32,000 nt of DNA from Saccharolobus solfataricus (GTDB lineage: Archaea; Thermoproteota; Thermoprotei_A; Sulfolobales; Sulfolobaceae): the NCBI RefSeq assembly GCF_900079115.1, contig NZ_LT549890.1, positions 1,080,001 through 1,112,000 on the forward strand. Reading direction: 5' to 3'. Made by a program: the position numbers and the translations under genes. Below are positions 11,170 through 19,427 of the stretch, piece by piece (position 1 is the first letter of the stretch; each line of letters starts with the position of its first letter). The notes under the pieces were generated by a model, which had not been told where the DNA came from, ran no database searches, and saw only the letters and a program-made list of their open reading frames with translations.

Positions 11170-12819
11170 ATGAATGGTTCAAGACTTCTCTTGTCCCTTC
11201 TAAAGGATTACGATGTTGAACACATATTTGGTTTGCCTGGCGAATCATCAATATCGTTATATGATCAACTTAAGGAGGGGGAGATTCAGCATATAGTAAC
11301 CAGAGATGAGAGGAATGCAGTATACATGGCAGACGCCTATGCCAAACTAACTTATAAACCTGGAATAGTAGAGGGACCCAGTGTAGGCTCCGTGTATATG
11401 CTGCCTGGCGTAGCCGAGGCATATAAGTCATCTACACCATTAATAGTAATAACTACCGATACACCATTATACGGAGAGAAGGAGAATTACTTGACAGCAT
11501 TAGATCAGACTTCTCTTTTTAGACCGATAACTAAGGAGACTATAACAGTCTATAAGGTTGAGGAATTACCTCATGCTATAAGGAGGGCATTTAGATTAAG
11601 CACCAGTGGAAAACTAGGGCCAGTTCACCTAAGAATACCCTTAGAAGTTTTAGAGAGTGAATTAGAGGGTAATGTTAAAATTAAAGCCCAAAAGGAGTTC
11701 TCAAAATATCCAGCTCAAAGGCCTTTAGCGGATCGTGAAATGATCAAGAAAGCAGTAAAAATAATTTTGAAGAGTGAATTCCCAGTAATAATTTGCGGTC
11801 AAGGTGCCCTATACTCAATGGCGTGGGATGAGATAATCGAGTTAGCTGAATTACTTGGAATTCCAGTAGGGACTACAATAACTGGTAAGGGTTGTATGCA
11901 AGAAACACATCCCCTGTCGATCGGTGTAGTTGGTGGTAGGGGAGGGACAAGTTTTTCGAACAGTGTTGTAGACAAGTCAGATCTTATAATTCTCGTAGGA
12001 AGTAATACGGATTCAGCAAATACTTATAACTGGACTATACCATCTAGAGATAAAACCATAATCCATATTGACATTAGTGAGGAAGAGGCTGGGAATAATT
12101 ACGAGAGCTTAAACCTAATAGGTGATGCTAAAGCTACATTAAGGGAAATAATTAATGAAATTAAAGGTAGTGGAGAAATTAGGAAAAAGAATATTGTTTT
12201 AGATAGAAGTGCGTTCGAAGAAAGGCTTAGTGAGGAGCGGAGAAATGTAGTAAACCCGCTACGTTTCATAAAGGAGCTTTGGAATTTGTCACAGGGAGAG
12301 GCAGTGTTGATAGCAGACCCCGGAGTTAGCTCAATTTATACTGCTGCTTTCTATAAGGCCAAGAGAGCCGGTAGGTATTTCGTTTTTAACTATGGTCTAG
12401 GTGGTCTTGGCTATTCAATTCCAGCATCCGTAGGTGCTTATTTTGCAAGGCCTAACTCTTTAATTTTCTCTCTTTCTGGAGATGGGAGTTTCGGCTTCTC
12501 AGCTGGTGAGCTAGAGACCATTAAGAGAGTTAGTGCTAACGTAGTTGTTATTCTCTTTAATAATGGAAGTTACGGTTGGATAAGGGCTGAGATGAGGGCT
12601 AGGGGTAAGGATATTGTTGGAACTGATTTTTCAAGTCCAGATTACGTCAAGATTGCGGAAGGGTATGGGCTATCAGGATATAGGATAACCACTGATGATG
12701 TGATATCCGATACGTTAAAGAGGGCGATAAAGAATACTCCTTCTTTAGTTGAGGTTATTGTTGAGCCGGAGGATAAGTTCGTTCCACCAGTTATGCCTTG
12801 GAGTAAGAGATTTATTTAA
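11170..12819 (+). CDS. thiamine-pyrophosphate-dependent enzyme (acetolactate synthase large-subunit family)
   Basis: 549 aa with three domains. The N-terminal PYR domain includes IFGLPGES...RDERNAVYMADAYAK. The C-terminal TPP motif is GDGSFGFSAGELETIKRVSANVVVILFNNGSYG (GDG...NN). Confidence 0.85.
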   Translation: MNGSRLLLSLLKDYDVEHIFGLPGESSISLYDQLKEGEIQHIVTRDERNAVYMADAYAKLTYKPGIVEGPSVGSVYMLPGVAEAYKSSTPLIVITTDTPLYGEKENYLTALDQTSLFRPITKETITVYKVEELPHAIRRAFRLSTSGKLGPVHLRIPLEVLESELEGNVKIKAQKEFSKYPAQRPLADREMIKKAVKIILKSEFPVIICGQGALYSMAWDEIIELAELLGIPVGTTITGKGCMQETHPLSIGVVGGRGGTSFSNSVVDKSDLIILVGSNTDSANTYNWTIPSRDKTIIHIDISEEEAGNNYESLNLIGDAKATLREIINEIKGSGEIRKKNIVLDRSAFEERLSEERRNVVNPLRFIKELWNLSQGEAVLIADPGVSSIYTAAFYKAKRAGRYFVFNYGLGGLGYSIPASVGAYFARPNSLIFSLSGDGSFGFSAGELETIKRVSANVVVILFNNGSYGWIRAEMRARGKDIVGTDFSSPDYVKIAEGYGLSGYRITTDDVISDTLKRAIKNTPSLVEVIVEPEDKFVPPVMPWSKRFI

Positions 12820-12960
12820 ATTACATAAAATAAACGCTAAGAATTTTATAGCTGATTTTCTACAATTTGGTTCAAAATTTTTCTATTAGCAATATAAAAA
12901 AGATTTGGTTCATTTAGGCAAAAAGGAGTCAGATATGATCTTGGACCTTAAGGTATTTAA

Positions 12961-13221
12961 CTTCACTAGGGGAGAGTGTTCTCATGCAGTCATCTTATTC
13001 GATATCATATAGTAAAACTATATCAAGTTTTCTCTGATATACTGTACTCCCTTCAAGTAAGCCTCATTTAAAGGGAGTTATCTCCCTTGAGAACACGTGA
13101 GAATACATGACATTCAACAAGGCCAAACAGTACCCCACATCCTCTCACTTCTACGGTGGCAGAAAATCACTGCCACGGTCCACTTTGTTAGAGGCGAGGC
13201 ATGTGGTGCCTCTTCACTAGG
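12961..13221. mobile_element. MITE-like / IS-end-derived element (241 bp) flanked by a 10-bp direct repeat
   Basis: CTTCACTAGG occurs at 12961-12970 and again at 13212-13221. The left terminus of the element (GGGAGAGTGTTCTCATGCAGTCATCTTATT, from about 12969) is homologous over about 50 nt to the terminus at 14517. The right third is GC-rich with hairpins. Confidence 0.5.
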
Positions 13222-13305
13222 CTGTAGACCGTAGTCAATGGCTTTCCCCAAATTTTATTCACCATTTAGCAAATCTCTTATTTTGCAGAACTGCTTTCTT
13301 CGTGT

Positions 13306-14367
13306 TTATCTATATTTTTTCGTAAATTTTTCTAACGTAGACTTATATATTAGATACGATGTTAGCCAAGTTATAGCAAATGTTCCTATGATTATGAATC
13401 CAATATTTTCCCAGTATATATTGCTAAGGAAGTTCACTTGATCCCAGAATGGTCCGGATAAGTTAAATTGACTTGTCACTAACCCTAATAACTCTATAGT
13501 ACCAACAAGATACGATACAATAATCGATATTAAAGTCATTGTTAGATTATACCATAACTTCCTGACTGGATCAGTGAACGCCCAGCCATAAGCTCCATTC
13601 ATGAAGAGACCATCAGTTGTATCTATTAATGTCATTCCTACTGTAAATAAGAATGGAAATACTAATAACGTATATAGCGGAACTTTTAGAAATATTCCAG
13701 CGGCTGCTGCAGAGATCGCAAGTAGTGCTGTTTCTGAAGCAGTATCAAATCCTAAACCGAATAGAAGACCAATTAAGTATAAATAATATTGGTTATTAAC
13801 AATCTTAAATAACTTACTGAAGTACTTATTCATAAAGCCTCTCTGCATCAGAACCTCCTCAAGTTTTCCCTTATCCACTTCCCTTTTCTTCAAATAAGCC
13901 TTGTATAAACGATATATTTCTAAAAGAACCAGGAAATTAAGAAAACCTATAATATATAGGAAACTACCACTTACTAAAGTCCCTATAATACTACCAAGCT
14001 TCTCTAGAAATGGGAGTTGTGATACTATATACCTAGTAGAAACTATTAAACCCAATGATAATAATATTACAATAGTTGAATGCCCAAGCGAGAAGAATAG
14101 ACCAGTAAATTGTGGGGGTTTACCCTCTTGTATTAACTTTCTGATCGAATTGTCTATTGCTGCCAAATGGTCAGCATCAACTGCATGTCTTAAACCCAGA
14201 AGGTATGACAAGATACCTAGGGTTAGGAAAGTTCCCACTATATGCTCCTCCTCTAAGCTCACTTTTACATTACTAACAACCCTTCCAGTGGTAAATAGCC
14301 AATAAAATAGTAATCCAGTTATAATGGCCTCCAATAAATAAAATATAACATACTTATTCCGATTCAT
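13306..14367 (-). CDS. NiCoT-family nickel/cobalt transporter (HoxN/HupN/NixA type)
   Basis: Carries the NiCoT signature RHAVDADHLAAIDN in TM2 and LGFDTASE in a later helix. 353 aa with 8 predicted TM helices. Confidence 0.85.
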   Translation of the reverse strand: MNRNKYVIFYLLEAIITGLLFYWLFTTGRVVSNVKVSLEEEHIVGTFLTLGILSYLLGLRHAVDADHLAAIDNSIRKLIQEGKPPQFTGLFFSLGHSTIVILLSLGLIVSTRYIVSQLPFLEKLGSIIGTLVSGSFLYIIGFLNFLVLLEIYRLYKAYLKKREVDKGKLEEVLMQRGFMNKYFSKLFKIVNNQYYLYLIGLLFGLGFDTASETALLAISAAAAGIFLKVPLYTLLVFPFLFTVGMTLIDTTDGLFMNGAYGWAFTDPVRKLWYNLTMTLISIIVSYLVGTIELLGLVTSQFNLSGPFWDQVNFLSNIYWENIGFIIIGTFAITWLTSYLIYKSTLEKFTKKYR

Positions 14368-14387
14368 GTATATAGATAGCTCTCTGC

Positions 14388-14397
14388 TTATTTAAAC
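14388..14397 (-). promoter_or_regulatory. TATA box for the NiCoT gene
   Basis: On the minus strand GTTTAAATAA sits 21-30 nt upstream of ATG 14367. Confidence 0.4.
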
Positions 14398-14516
14398 TTT
14401 ACTACTTATTTCGTTACGGATTCATACCAAAAATTAACTTTTACTTAGTTATATATATATTAATATATATTAAAAAATATAGTATTGATTAGCCATATTG
14501 TCTTATCCATTCTGCA

Positions 14517-15235
14517 GGGAGTGTTCTCATGCAGTCATCTTATTTGAGAAGTATTAGTAAAAATGTATCAGACTAGAGGTTTTTATAATTAGCCGTTTGA
14601 TCTGAAGATAGTTACGGGATTAGAAAGTGAAAGACTGACAGAAAAACTCATGTGCGAGGTTTTTGTGAGGGTTAGCAAGATGGACCTCTTAACCTATATA
14701 TAGAACGCCCCTCGCACAATTAATACTTATGATTCTAAGAAATTTAAATCTTAAGCCAAGAAAGTACGAGCTAAAGGATATTGCACTAGCATTAGCAGCC
14801 TACTCCTTGGGAGTTCAAATCACGAAAACAAGAATCCCACCATCAACCCTATCTTGAGGAAAATAGGGATAAGGAGGAGAAGAGATCAGCATGACCATCA
14901 TGTAACTCTAATAGAGTAGTGGAGAACGGTTCATCTAGAGGGAAAACTAAGTACAAGTACAAGACGTGTGGAAGGATATTTTACGACGCACTGGAGCACA
15001 GAATGGATAGGGAACAGAGGGAGAGAATCTTAAAGGAGTACTTAAACAAGATGAGCATGAGGGCAATATCCAGGGTTGAAGGTAAGTCATTAACTACGGA
15101 AGAGGTATACCACATAGGCCCTCGTTTTAACCAAGGCGTCTCGGTGACGCTTACTATGTTAATAACTATCATCAAGATACAAATGAATTGTGTTGTTTTT
15201 AATTCTATAAGGGGCTATTCATCCTCGCAGTAGGA
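14517..15235 (+). mobile_element. Degenerate, truncated IS remnant containing an IS1-type (InsA-like) zinc-finger/HTH transposase N-terminus
   Basis: The terminus GGGAGTGTTCTCATGCAGTCATCTTATT at 14517 is homologous to 12969-12999. The broken frames read ...PSCNSNRVVENGSSRGKTKYKYKTCGRIFYDALEHRMDREQRERILKEYLNKMSMRAISRVEGKSLTT, an IS1-like N-terminus. No catalytic domain follows. ORF 14919..15233 is a fragment of this remnant. Confidence 0.5.
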
Positions 15236-15361
15236 GTCTTCTGTCCCTTACCTCTTAATATAAATTTTTCAATGTAAAATTAACCCTATTAGTTATTAAA
15301 TATAGATCATTTGTTTAAACTCCTCTGTCTTCTAATGAGTATTTAGTCTAATATCAAAAAA

Positions 15362-15371
15362 GCTTTATTTG
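15362..15371 (+). promoter_or_regulatory. TATA box for hypA / Mrp-type hypB
   Basis: GCTTTATTTG is centred about 27 nt upstream of ATG 15393. Confidence 0.4.
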
Positions 15372-15392
15372 TGCAGAAAACAATTTAATACT

Positions 15393-15824
15393 ATGCATGA
15401 ATGGTCTATTGCCTACTCAATAGTTAAAACACTAACTGATAATTTTAACAAGAAAGTACTAAAAACTACATTAGTAATACCACATTTCTCATTTCTTGAC
15501 TTAGAAATACTTAAGGATGCATTTAATGAATTAAAGAAAGAAAATGGAATTACTCAAGATGCTGAGCTCGAAATTAAAATAGCTAAGCCTAGGTTTAGAT
15601 GTATGAATTGTAATAGGGAGTTCAGTCTGTCAGATGTTGAAAATCAACTAAGTAATGTTAGAAATCAATACGGTGAGGAATATCCTTTACACTTAATGCC
15701 AGAACTCTTCCCAACATTTTTAAAGTGCCCATATTGTGGTTCCCATGATATTGAAGCTAAGGGTCAAGAGATTTACATAGAGAATGTGGTGGAGGAAAGT
15801 GGATCCGTTGCGAGAACTAGCTAA
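15393..15824 (+). CDS. hypA: hydrogenase nickel-insertion protein HypA
   Basis: Has the N-terminal MHEWS motif (Ni site) and a zinc site from C70-x2-C73 (CMNC) and C112-x2-C115 (CPYC). Start set at the MHE methionine. The ORF track begins at an upstream TTG. Confidence 0.85.
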   Translation: MHEWSIAYSIVKTLTDNFNKKVLKTTLVIPHFSFLDLEILKDAFNELKKENGITQDAELEIKIAKPRFRCMNCNREFSLSDVENQLSNVRNQYGEEYPLHLMPELFPTFLKCPYCGSHDIEAKGQEIYIENVVEESGSVARTS

Positions 15825-16503
15825 GAGTAAGCTAAAAGGTAAGAAAGTTATTACGATAATGAGTAGTAAAGGCGGTGTCGGAAAAAGTGTAGTATCGGCC
15901 TTACTTTCACTTTCCTTAATATCATCTGTTACACTAATAGACATGGATATACATAGCATGGGAATAGCTAAGCTCTTTGGTATTGAGAATAGGAATCTAG
16001 AAGTATCAAAGGAGGGGATTGTACCAATAAAAATAAGAAACGTTAATCTAATCTCGCTTGCAAGTATTGTTAGAGATAGATATGTTATACTACCTGGTAG
16101 AAACCAAAGTAACGTTATGAGGGAATTGATAGCGTATTCGATAATAAATAGTGATTATGTCGTATTTGACTTACCACCAGGGTTGGGGGACGAGGTTCTA
16201 GTGTTGGAAGAGTTAACAGATTTTAAGCCAGTAGTAGTTACAACACCATCAAAGGTCTCAGTAAAGGTAGTTAAGAATTTGATAGAGTACATGAACGAGA
16301 GGGGAAAGAAATCATTGGTTGTAGTTAACATGTCTTACTTTAATTGTCATGGTGAAAGAGTATACCCATTTGGTTATTACGATGGCGAGGTAAACTTACC
16401 AATAGATCCTAACATAGAGGAATATATAGGTAAGATTCATGAATATTATGGAGAGGTGAAAAAGGTAATTGAGAAGGAGCTAATTCCTAAACTCGTTTTT
16501 TAA
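15784..16503 (+). CDS. Mrp/MinD-family P-loop ATPase, probable HypB functional equivalent
   Basis: Deviant Walker A VITIMSSKGGVGKSVVSA, plus DLPPGLGDE (Walker B/switch). The gene immediately follows hypA and overlaps it by 41 nt. Thermococcales use an Mrp/MinD-type ATPase with HypA. An alternative GTG start is at 15799. Confidence 0.7.
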   Translation: MWWRKVDPLRELAKSKLKGKKVITIMSSKGGVGKSVVSALLSLSLISSVTLIDMDIHSMGIAKLFGIENRNLEVSKEGIVPIKIRNVNLISLASIVRDRYVILPGRNQSNVMRELIAYSIINSDYVVFDLPPGLGDEVLVLEELTDFKPVVVTTPSKVSVKVVKNLIEYMNERGKKSLVVVNMSYFNCHGERVYPFGYYDGEVNLPIDPNIEEYIGKIHEYYGEVKKVIEKELIPKLVF

Positions 16504-17109
16504 AAACTCCCTTATTTTCTCATAAGCCTCCACTTCAACGTTTGTAGCGTTTTTGAAAAGGCTTACATAAAAATCAATTGATAGATTTAAATTTAGATGT
16601 TTATTATAGCCTAATTTCTCTGCTTCAGATTTATATAGTACCAATGGAATGGACATATTTCTAAACCTCACTTTAGTATAAACGAAATCTACTATGTGAT
16701 CTGTACCGCATTCTGCTATCAATTTCTTTTGGAATAGTTTAGAGGAAATATCATAGGGATTAATACCTATTACCTTCTCCTCACATAGATTATTAGTAAT
16801 AGTTACGATAAGCTGTTCATTGACTACCTTCTCACTATGTACTATTAAATCCCACTCCTTTAAGGTCTTTATGACATAATAAGGTGCGATCGCAACACTT
16901 GGTTTTACTATTGAAATAATAAGATTACCAAATTTTATTTTACCATTAAATATCTGTGATAAGATTACCTCTGATGGTAAATTCTCGATTAGATATCTTG
17001 CGGTTGGAATACTGCTAATCAAAGATATTAATCTGTCATTTATAACCCAAAAATTGTAGTTCTCGATGACAAGTAAGTTATAGGGAATTTCACCAATGAG
17101 ATTGACCAT
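16480..17109 (-). CDS. hypothetical protein, last gene of the hydrogenase operon
   Basis: 209-aa ORF, 22 nt downstream of the endopeptidase gene on the same strand. No motif recognised. Confidence 0.5.
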   Translation of the reverse strand: MVNLIGEIPYNLLVIENYNFWVINDRLISLISSIPTARYLIENLPSEVILSQIFNGKIKFGNLIISIVKPSVAIAPYYVIKTLKEWDLIVHSEKVVNEQLIVTITNNLCEEKVIGINPYDISSKLFQKKLIAECGTDHIVDFVYTKVRFRNMSIPLVLYKSEAEKLGYNKHLNLNLSIDFYVSLFKNATNVEVEAYEKIREFLKNEFRN

Positions 17110-17131
17110 CTTGTCATCTTCACTGGTTAAG

Positions 17132-17656
17132 TCAATTATTATTCACCACCCCGTAAAGCTTTTTAATTGTATCGTCTACGGTGACTTCGATCCCAAAATT
17201 CTTTTTCAAAAATTCGGTCAATGATAAAACTATTTGATCTAGTTTTCTTCTCAACTCCTCTGATAGTCCTAGCTTTACATCTAAGACATAAGGCTTACAG
17301 CCCACTAAGTATACTTCTGGAGCATAGCCCATGATCTTAAGAGTTGTTAAAATACTTTGTATCCCTACACCATGTGACCCTGAATACTCAAAATCTAATA
17401 CTGTAGAGGTCACCTCATCACTATCTATGTTAATGTCAATTCTACTTATATCGAAATCTTTATCCATCGCTACCGCATCAATTAAAATGATTATATCATA
17501 ATCTTTAAGTACTTCCATAGCTGATGCTCCAGCTGCTCCAAGATCTATAACATCACATCCCTTGACATTTCCGTATAGGGCTTCTGCCATATATGATCCA
17601 AATCCATCATCACCCATTAGCCTATTTCCAACTCCTACTATTGCTATCCTTTTCAT
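17132..17656 (-). CDS. hoxM: [NiFe]-hydrogenase maturation endopeptidase (HoxM/HybD/HyaD family)
   Basis: IAIVGVGNRLMGDDGFG (GxGNxxxxDDGxG), ILIDAV (Asp ligand) and SGSHGVG (His ligand). 174 aa. Confidence 0.85.
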   Translation of the reverse strand: MKRIAIVGVGNRLMGDDGFGSYMAEALYGNVKGCDVIDLGAAGASAMEVLKDYDIIILIDAVAMDKDFDISRIDINIDSDEVTSTVLDFEYSGSHGVGIQSILTTLKIMGYAPEVYLVGCKPYVLDVKLGLSEELRRKLDQIVLSLTEFLKKNFGIEVTVDDTIKKLYGVVNNN

Positions 17657-18424
17657 TTAAAAATCCCTCCAATACTTCTCACCTTCTGGAATAGGCTTCC
17701 AACTGGGCTTCTTTTGGGAATTCATTATCCTTCCGTGAAGTCTTACGAGCCTTGAGATCACTGGCATTAACTCCTCCCTCTCCTTAACTTGGTCTGTAAT
17801 CAATCTACCTACTAAATCCCTCGCCTTCAGCAAGTTGTCTGTAACGTCCTTCCATAATCCCCAGTCAGCTGAAGTGAGTTCTATAATTTTATTCCCCTCA
17901 ATATCGTATTTTAATAATAATGAGATCACATCTGATAAGTGTTTATCTAAAGCGAAATGAATCTGAAGCTTTGATAGTAATAAATCTTCCTCATTTAATG
18001 TAAACTCTGAGTTCCAATTAACTGGGATTACGTGGCTAAATCTCATTTCGTTGAAGTAATAAGCTCTTACCACTTTCTCTTCCTTGAAGAACATACTTAC
18101 AATATTTCCTAGTGTTTTCTCGAGGTGAAAGTATGGAGTGTAATCTAGATTGTACATAACTTGTTTAAACTTTTCCCTATCTTCAGTTCTTACTATGAAA
18201 TTAATGTCTTGAGGACCACTTCTTCTATACAACTTCATTATATCTGACGATAGTTTGTTATCCTTGACCTTATAGTAAACTGCGATGGATCCATAAAGTA
18301 AAGCAACTATCCCTTTCTCTTTACATTTCTCATATATTTTTTCAGCATCACTCAAATAATCATTAAACATCTTATTAACATCAATCTTTCTAAGTTGTGC
18401 ATCAAATGGGGAAATTCCAGACAT
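17657..18424 (-). CDS. hypothetical protein, possible nucleotidyltransferase-fold (NTP_transf_5 / KNTase-like) with helical C-domain
   Basis: 255 aa. LLYGSIAV...YRRSGPQDINFIV resembles the G[GS]...R...D.D.hh motif, but with Asn in place of the second Asp. The C-terminal helical part contains RLVRLH (an Rx4H-like string). The stop abuts the hoxM start. This is a weak by-eye call. Confidence 0.5.
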   Translation of the reverse strand: MSGISPFDAQLRKIDVNKMFNDYLSDAEKIYEKCKEKGIVALLYGSIAVYYKVKDNKLSSDIMKLYRRSGPQDINFIVRTEDREKFKQVMYNLDYTPYFHLEKTLGNIVSMFFKEEKVVRAYYFNEMRFSHVIPVNWNSEFTLNEEDLLLSKLQIHFALDKHLSDVISLLLKYDIEGNKIIELTSADWGLWKDVTDNLLKARDLVGRLITDQVKEREELMPVISRLVRLHGRIMNSQKKPSWKPIPEGEKYWRDF

Positions 18425-18471
18425 TATATTTACATATTATCTTAGTGATATATATTTTTACCTATATTTCT
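18425..18471 (-). promoter_or_regulatory. possible internal promoter within the hydrogenase operon
   Basis: This is the only sizeable spacer inside the 11-gene block (47 nt) and it is very AT-rich. On the minus strand AAAAATATATAT is centred about 29 nt upstream of ATG 18424. Confidence 0.3.
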
Positions 18472-18975
18472 TTATGTTTTTACTTTATCTAATAATTTTT
18501 CTAATTCGTTTAATAAACTTATAATATCAATAAAATTCTGTGATCTCTTTATAATCCTTATATACTTGTCTATTTGGATAGTCGTGAAATTCCTATTCAT
18601 CATTTTAAAATCTGGATCATTTGTAATTACAATTCCACAATTAGTGACACTACCAATTAATGGTAAAACGGAAGGTATCTGAAGTACTTTAGCAATATTA
18701 AAATCTCCCTCAACCTCTATATAAACCTCATAACTCCACACTATTTCATCCAATCTTAAAGAGTATCTAGCTTTAAGAAAATTTAATAGATCATTAACTA
18801 GTTTCTGAGACTCATCTCCAATAAACATGATCTGCTTTACGAAATTGCCACCTCTTTCATCTAATATTAGGTTAATCTTAACACCCCTAAAACTAAACTC
18901 TAAGGAACTTGTGTAAAAAAACGAATTAATAATTTCTCTAGGAATTGGTCTTAAAAAGGAAATTGTATAGACCAT
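18472..18975 (-). CDS. hypothetical protein (167 aa from ATG 18975; 185 aa if 19029 is used)
   Basis: ORF in the operon. ATG 18975 lies 5 nt after the upstream stop, whereas 19029 would overlap the upstream gene by 49 nt. No motif recognised. Confidence 0.5.
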   Translation of the reverse strand: MVYTISFLRPIPREIINSFFYTSSLEFSFRGVKINLILDERGGNFVKQIMFIGDESQKLVNDLLNFLKARYSLRLDEIVWSYEVYIEVEGDFNIAKVLQIPSVLPLIGSVTNCGIVITNDPDFKMMNRNFTTIQIDKYIRIIKRSQNFIDIISLLNELEKLLDKVKT

Positions 18976-18980
18976 TTCCC

Positions 18981-19427
18981 TTATTTTCCTAGCCTTCTTA
19001 ACACTTCCCTTTTCATCATTTCCTTGCATGTTTTACCCCACTTACTAATTTCTCCATCATTGTTCACAACTTCACATTCAATTACTATTAAATCTGGAGG
19101 TAAACTACCCATTACTCTAGCCATTTTAATAAAAGTATCAACATCCATGAAGTAAGCTTTCATTCCGCTATGAATTTCTAAAAAATCTGAAAAGGTGCTA
19201 CCATTAAACTCTGGTCTATATACTCTTAACTCCTCCTTCCCTCTCTTTTCACTTGCTAATAGAATAAGATTATCTAGATTAAGTTGAAATAAAAAAGTAG
19301 ATGCCTTAATTGCACCCAAACTTAAATCAATTACCTCAATACCCTCTAGTCTCATTTCTTCCATAACTAGCAATGGAATTTGATAATCTCCTTTATACCA
19401 ATAACCTATTGCTGCGATTTTTGGCAT
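18981..19427 (-). CDS. degenerate hydrogenase-endopeptidase paralogue (HybD-fold, metal ligands partly replaced)
   Basis: By-eye alignment to the adjacent HoxM. IAAIGYWYKGDYQIP aligns with IAIVGVGNRLMGDDGFG. IEVIDLSLGA aligns with CDVIDLGAAG. NLILLASE aligns with IIILIDAV (Asp to Ala). EIHSG aligns with SGSHG (His kept). PDLIVIECEV aligns with PEVYLVGCKP. Confidence 0.6.
   Translation of the reverse strand: MPKIAAIGYWYKGDYQIPLLVMEEMRLEGIEVIDLSLGAIKASTFLFQLNLDNLILLASEKRGKEELRVYRPEFNGSTFSDFLEIHSGMKAYFMDVDTFIKMARVMGSLPPDLIVIECEVVNNDGEISKWGKTCKEMMKREVLRRLGK

Noticed and set aside
14440-14500. TA-rich low-complexity run (tatatatatattaatatatatt...), considered as an origin or repeat element
   Set aside because: It is short, with no flanking ORB-like inverted repeats and no cdc6/orc neighbour. 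The simplest explanation is AT-rich promoter or spacer DNA upstream of the NiCoT gene.
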